Shown: positions 36,301 through 41,048 of the stretch, one piece after another | Layout of the letters: each line of letters opens with the position of its first letter | How positions within the stretch are numbered: position 1 is the first letter of the stretch | Assembly: GCA_008632985.1 (NCBI GenBank) | Contig: QPGO01000235.1 | Span: 62,001-103,048, forward strand | Length of the DNA: 41,048 nt | Source: Psammoneis japonica | Lineage: Eukaryota | Direction: 5' to 3' | Position numbers and translations under genes: made by a program | Notes under the pieces: generated by a model | Seen by the model: the letters and a program-made list of their open reading frames with translations, nothing else | Told to the model about the DNA's origin: nothing | The model's database searches: none

Positions 36301-37500
36301 TGTGCAAATGCCTTGCGGATGCTCCAAGCCCGGCAAAGTGCTGAAACTCAAACAAACCGTGCATGGTCTCAAACAAGGACCTTGCAATTTTTTCCTGCAC
36401 CTTAAGTCAAAACTTGAAGATGCCAGATTTCAATCACAAGATGATGTTGATCCGTGTCTGTTTGTATCTGACAAAGTCATCTGCCTCACGCACATTGATG
36501 ACACACTGTTCTTCTCTCTAAAACAAGAGCGCATCGACAAAGTGATCGAAAAACTCAAAATTGATGGCGGTCTGGCCATCAAAGTTGAAGATTCTGTCGC
36601 AGGTTTTTCAGGAGTCCACATTGAACGCGACACCGACAATGGCACTGTCAAGCTCACTCAAAGCGGTCCATCCAAATGTGTCGTCAAAGCCCTCAATGCA
36701 GGCCATCTGCCGAAGGCCCGAACGCCCACACTGGCTGCTCCCTTGGTCAAGGACACCAACGGAGACCCACCAAATGGAGCCCACAATCATGCCAGCATGG
36801 TTGGCATGCTTCAGCATCTCCAAGGCCATTCTAGGCCAGACATTGCCCATGCCGTTAGCTCAGCAGCCAGATTTGTTCATGGCCCTCATCGCTTGCATGA
36901 ACTGGCCCTTGAACGGATCGGGTGACACCTGAAGGGCACTCTGGACGAAGGTTCAATCCTCAAGCCATCTGGGGACTTCAACATTGACGTGTTTGTTGAC
37001 TCAGATTTTGCTGGACTGTGGCCGCACGAAGACAAGCATGACCCGGCTTGTGTCAAAAGCCGAACAGGATTTGTCACTTGCACCTCAAACTGTCCTGTCA
37101 TTTGGTCCAGTGAGCTTGCACCCGAGATCACTCTCTCAACAATGGAAGCAGAGTGCAATGCTTTTTCCACTTGCATGAAAACTGTCCTTCCCTTTCTACG
37201 CACCGTACAAGCCATTTCTCAAGGCATTGGAGTTGGTCCAGGAACTGCCAAGACTGTCCGCACCATTGTGTGGGAGGACAATGCTGGAGCCTTGACTCTG
37301 GCTAATGTGGAACCTGGCTGAGTTACGCCTGGGTCCAAGCACTGCACAATCAAGCATCATTGGCTCCGTTCACAGCTCAAACCAAATTGAGTTGCTGTGT
37401 CCAAGATCGCAGTGGACTTGCAATGCGCTGACATTCTGACCAAAGGTCTCGTTGCTGTTAAATTCGAGGCTGTTTGAAAGTTGCTTTGCAGTTGGCAGCT
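33312..37500 (+). pseudogene. pol: Copia 2 pol: protease, integrase, RT, RNase H; frameshifted
   Basis: IVLDTGAS; IHQKLGH...CAAC; VSVDQ, IFVDHAS, HLADN, HHQNSTAER; WAFKCK, KARF, VHGLKQ, DPCLF, THIDD; FVDSDFAG, STMEAE, WEDNAGA, ADILTKGL. Confidence 0.94.
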
Positions 37501-37509
37501 TCTTCATTC

Positions 37510-37518
37510 AAGAGGGAG
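37510..37518 (+). promoter_or_regulatory. Polypurine tract of Copia 2
   Basis: AAGAGGGAG directly before the 3' LTR. Confidence 0.85.
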
Positions 37519-37743
37519 TGTCAACACAGCATGAACTCATGTGTGACATGTGTGTGCTATGCTTGCATGTGCGATTTCCTGCCATCGGTCTTTCTCAACT
37601 TTTCTCACAATTGCAACATCCAGTGTGACAAGACATTGGCAGCTTTGCCGATTGTGCCATCATCATTGGCCCACTTTGCCAGTGACACGCATGCCATTCA
37701 ACCTCAGTCAACTTCTCCTGACTCTCAGACGAGAGTTGTCGCA
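37519..37743 (+). repeat. 3' LTR of Copia 2
   Basis: Direct repeat of 17534-17758 followed by TSD GTTTG. Confidence 0.92.
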
Positions 37744-38271
37744 GTTTGTCGGTGTTTTTCAAAAGTCATTCTGTTTCTGTCTTGTCCGTTTGGCAGTCTG
37801 ATTGGGTGTGTAATTGTGCACAAAACTGCGCAACATTTGTTTTTGTGACTGTGTGGACAGTTTTGAATGGAACATGTGTCAGAGACTTTTCGATGGAAAT
37901 GTTTGCCTGCATCATTGTTTGTGAATAAAATGAACAGAGGCACATTAACAGTTAGATAAAAACAAGTGTCATTGCTCCCAAGAGATTTCCTTGGTGATGG
38001 GAGGAACACCGAGTCGCACGACTTGTTTTCGTGCAACTTTGGAGAAACCATCGACAGATTTAGCTGGAGGGCAGCCTCGCAAAGCCATGCGAAGTCCAAT
38101 GAAGTCACGTCATTTCACCGATCACGCGACTTGCAAGCCAATTTCAGCACTTGAAGTCATCTTCTCTCAGAACATTGGTGGCACATCTTCTGCGCAATCC
38201 TCTTGTGAGATGCTCGCACGACTTGTTCGAGAACCCTCAGCTCCAAAAAAGAAAAAAGACATCAACAGGCC

Positions 38272-39279
38272 ATGAGATGCGGTGACACCTGCACCATGGC
38301 AGAGAAAAAACAACCTGTGGCTTTGCCAGTGCTCTTGATGCTCCAATGCACCCAGACAAACTTGGTGTTGGAGATGAAAAACTCTCCACCAACTGGGCAT
38401 GCCGCTGGAGAGGAGGGTTGTGTTGATGGGGAGGAGATGCTTGTTGGGGTGAAGCCCTCTGCATGCAACAACATGGCTGACAGAGAACCTTTGTTGGAGG
38501 TTCCAAACATCCCAAAGGAGGCTGACATTAAGGCAACAGCTGGAAAGAGGCGCCTGCCAAACCTGACAAAAGAGGTCAACCAAGAGCTGTGTTGGGATCT
38601 CTTGACACTGATCAGCACGCGAAATGCCCACTTGCCAATGCCAGATGGTGAGAGCAATCAAAGATGGCAGGAGCTTTTTGACTTGTTCTATGATCCTGTT
38701 AATGGACCAGCCAGAGGCTGCAGTGTGCCAGAGGCAGAAAGCAAAATTCACAATTTTCGCCAAGCAAACATCCGCAGAATTTGTGTTTTGGCCAAGAAGT
38801 GTGATGCAAAGGCGGGGAAAGGAGCTGACAAGGACGCAACAGGATGTGCGGTTCTGGCAAAGGACTCTCCATGCAGCAAGGCTTTCGGCACAGGCAGCAA
38901 AGAAAGATGAGACTCAAGAGGAGCGCGCAACAAAGCAGCAGCAAGAAAAGTGACAAACGAGAGGTGTGAGTTGGAGCTTGGTCTCACACCTCCAGCTCCA
39001 TTCAATGGAGGCAAGCACTCAGCCCATGGCTGTGACGTTGAGCCAACCACAGTCACAACTGTTGGGCACCTGGATGGATCAGCAAGCGGAGACTGTCGGT
39101 CAAGGGATTTTGTGAAGAATTTGGAGGATGCTCAGAAAGGGCTGAATCCTTGTTTTCAAATCTGTCAAGTGGACATGGCCTTTGGCTCCCCTGAGCTGCA
39201 AGCATCCAAGAAGCGCAAGCTGGATGTGGGAACATTGCGGGAGCTGCACATGCTCAAGAGCAATGTGGAAAAAAGCTGA
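38272..39279 (+). pseudogene. Probable Myb/SANT-like accessory gene of a PIF/Harbinger element (one internal TGA)
   Basis: ORFs 38272-38910 and 38950-39279 share a frame; helical LLTLISTRNAHL...RWQELFDLFY segment, coiled coil and KKRK; convergent with a Harbinger transposase fragment. Confidence 0.45.
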
Positions 39280-39543
39280 AAAGAGGGGACAAGCGTCCAA
39301 GCGCTTTCTGTGGAGCCATGTCTGAGGAAGTTTTTTCGTCTTTGGGCAAAAAGCCTGCCAAATCCAATGCCACCACCAAACCATCCACAAAAAGAAGTTT
39401 CAAATGATTGGTTTCTTCCCATTGTTGGCTTGGATTTAATTGATGTTTGGCAAGTTCACATTCAGGTCAAACAGCATGTTTCAATGGCTCATCTGACTTT
39501 GGCATGCGACCTGCAGGAAGCCATAAGATCGGATGTACATCAG

Positions 39544-40295
39544 GTGTGAAAACAAAAGCAACACCATTGGAAAGCATTCGTTCTGTAGATAAAAGTGTCG
39601 CCATTGATTGTTGCAAAACCACAAAACGCGCCAGGAATTTTGCACGCAACTGCGGGGGTCGTTTGGATGCATGAATGCTGATTCGGTTGTGCTTGAGGTG
39701 TGAAAACAAAAGCAACACCATTGAAAAGCGCTCGCTCTGTAGATGAAATTGTTGCCATTGATTGTCCCACAATTCTGGGCACTTCTAAAGCAATGCCTGT
39801 TTGAGCAAAACGCACCAGGAATTTGGCGCGCAACTGCGGGGGTCGTTTGGATGCATGAATGCTGATTCGGATCTGCCAAGGGTGTGGAAATAAAAAGATG
39901 CCATTAGAAAGCTGTTGCTCTGCAGGTGATCTTACTGCCATTGACTGTCCCACAATTCTGAGTGCTTCTAGAGCAACGCCTGTTTAAGCAAAACGCACCC
40001 CAGGATTTTGGCACGCAACTGCGGGGTCGTCCAGACATCTCGACGCCGATTCAGATCTGATGGGGGCACAGAAATAAAAAAGACACCATTGGAAAGCTCT
40101 TGTTCTGCAGACAATGTTGCTGCCATTGATTGTCCCACAATTCCAATTGCTTTTAAAGCAACGCCTGCTCAAGCAAAATGCACAATGATTTTGGCGCGCA
40201 TCTGCGGGGTCTTTTGGACACGTCGTTGACAATTCCAATCTGCTGGAGGTGTCGAAACAAAAACGCACCTTTGGAAAGTGCTAATTCTCTGGACA
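39544..40295 (+). repeat. Tandem array of ~183-bp units (about 4.3 copies, first with a deletion)
   Basis: Recurring aaa(c/t)aaaa...ccatt.gaaag...gccattga.tg...gcaactgcgggg at ~39544, 39698, 39882, 40064 and 40247. Confidence 0.9.
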
Positions 40296-40299
40296 ATCA

Positions 40300-40720
40300 A
40301 CACAAACTGTAAAATGTGTTTGTGTTGTTTGCTGCAGGTGCTCTTCGACCGTTGGTGGCAAAAGGCCGAAGGTGCCAATGCTGCCAATTTGGTTGTGATT
40401 GAAACAAGTGCAGCAATTGGCTGGCAAAAATGAAACCCTCAATTGCTCACATGCATGTGGATGCTTGCAACACAGCTTCCAATCACTGAATGTGCAACAC
40501 ACCCTGAACAGATTTGCTGCCACACCACAACTCCACTCAACTGCAGTGCAAACGCATTTCATCCAAAAATTCTGTAGAACTTGGATTGGTGCAAGCGGGG
40601 CACCTTGAGCAGGTCGATGCGCCTGTCTGACACATTGCCATTTGGAAACCAGCCTTGTTGGAGCTGCAACAAGCAGTTGCCAATGCCGCTGAGTTCTTGT
40701 GCAGCATGCCTCGCTGCTGG
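40300..40720 (-). pseudogene. C-terminal fragment of PIF/Harbinger (DDE_Tnp_4-like) transposase
   Basis: NFWMKCVCTAVEWSCG...NLF...EQLRVSFLPANCCTCFNHNQ...FGLLPPTVEEHL matches the MxxVRxxVEWxYG...LxNCxxC...PPTxEEYL C-terminus pattern. Confidence 0.72.
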
Positions 40721-41048
40721 ACAACACGGCGAGACCGTGCACAAGCCTCTTGCACGTGGCAACGTGGCATTGTTGACACGCACCTGGGAAGCACGACCAC
40801 AGGAGGGCGTGGCTCTAGGTCTCAGGCAATTCCAGAAGGATGCTGAGAGAGCATCCGTGTGAAGCACACTGGCCCATCGTCTGGCCCACGATGGCAGCGT
40901 GATTCCACACGATGACATCACTCGTGCATGGCGCGTGATGGCTTGATTTGCACGATCCATGATGCGAATGCACGATCGATTTGATGCGATCCAAATGCAA
41001 ACGAACAGGGATTTGGCAAGATTCCCCATTCACACGATCCCATTTTCT

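Larger units (their letters stand above)
17534..37743 (+). mobile_element. Ty1/Copia LTR retrotransposon no. 2 (~7.6 kb net) with a 12.6-kb nested DNA transposon
   Basis: 225-bp LTRs at 17534-17758 and 37519-37743; TSD GTTTG (17529-17533, 37744-37748); PPT AAGAGGGAG; gag-pol at 30.9-37.5 kb. Confidence 0.92.

Noticed and set aside
39544..40295. CRISPR or tRNA array
   Set aside because: Whole ~183-bp units are homologous; no repeat-spacer structure or cloverleaf was seen.
1..41048. Hundreds of overlapping Cys/His-rich ORFs in all six frames, suggesting dense novel genes or metal-binding proteins
   Set aside because: Loss of TpA removes TAA/TAG stops and converts Tyr to Cys/His, which inflates ORF length and Cys/His content. 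Most are shadow ORFs of TE pseudogenes.
1..41048. Alternative genetic code or selenocysteine (frequent in-frame TGA)
   Set aside because: The TGAs are adequately explained by CGA->TGA decay and co-occur with frameshifts.
1..41048. Classical fungal RIP
   Set aside because: RIP enriches TpA and lowers GC; here TpA is depleted and CA/TG are enriched.

Overview
Eukaryotic, most likely diatom-type (inferred from the element lineages), heterochromatin-like window made almost entirely of nested, decayed transposable elements. No intact host gene, RNA gene or CRISPR array is visible. From left to right: (1) an Ambal-like non-LTR retrotransposon (ORF1 plus APE-RT ORF2), interrupted by a 1.16-kb non-autonomous TIR element and by a two-LTR Copia element (192-bp LTRs, ACCTT TSD); (2) a locally triplicated non-coding block; (3) a second Copia (225-bp LTRs, GTTTG TSD) split at its LTR/PBS junction by a 12.6-kb Plavaka-type DNA transposon (CATCAGAG termini, AG TSD); (4) remnants of a PIF/Harbinger element. 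Two features stand out. First, the whole window shows a TpA-specific transition signature (TA->TG/CA; conserved Tyr->Cys/His; YTAR contexts preferentially spared), opposite in direction to fungal RIP and superimposed on CpG decay. Second, the Plavaka element carries a cargo region whose motifs suggest a DNA base-modification cassette: TET/JBP-like HxD domain, aGPT-PPlase/HhH-like domain and Rossmann methyltransferase-like domain. Cargo domain calls are motif recognition by eye and need HMM or structure confirmation.
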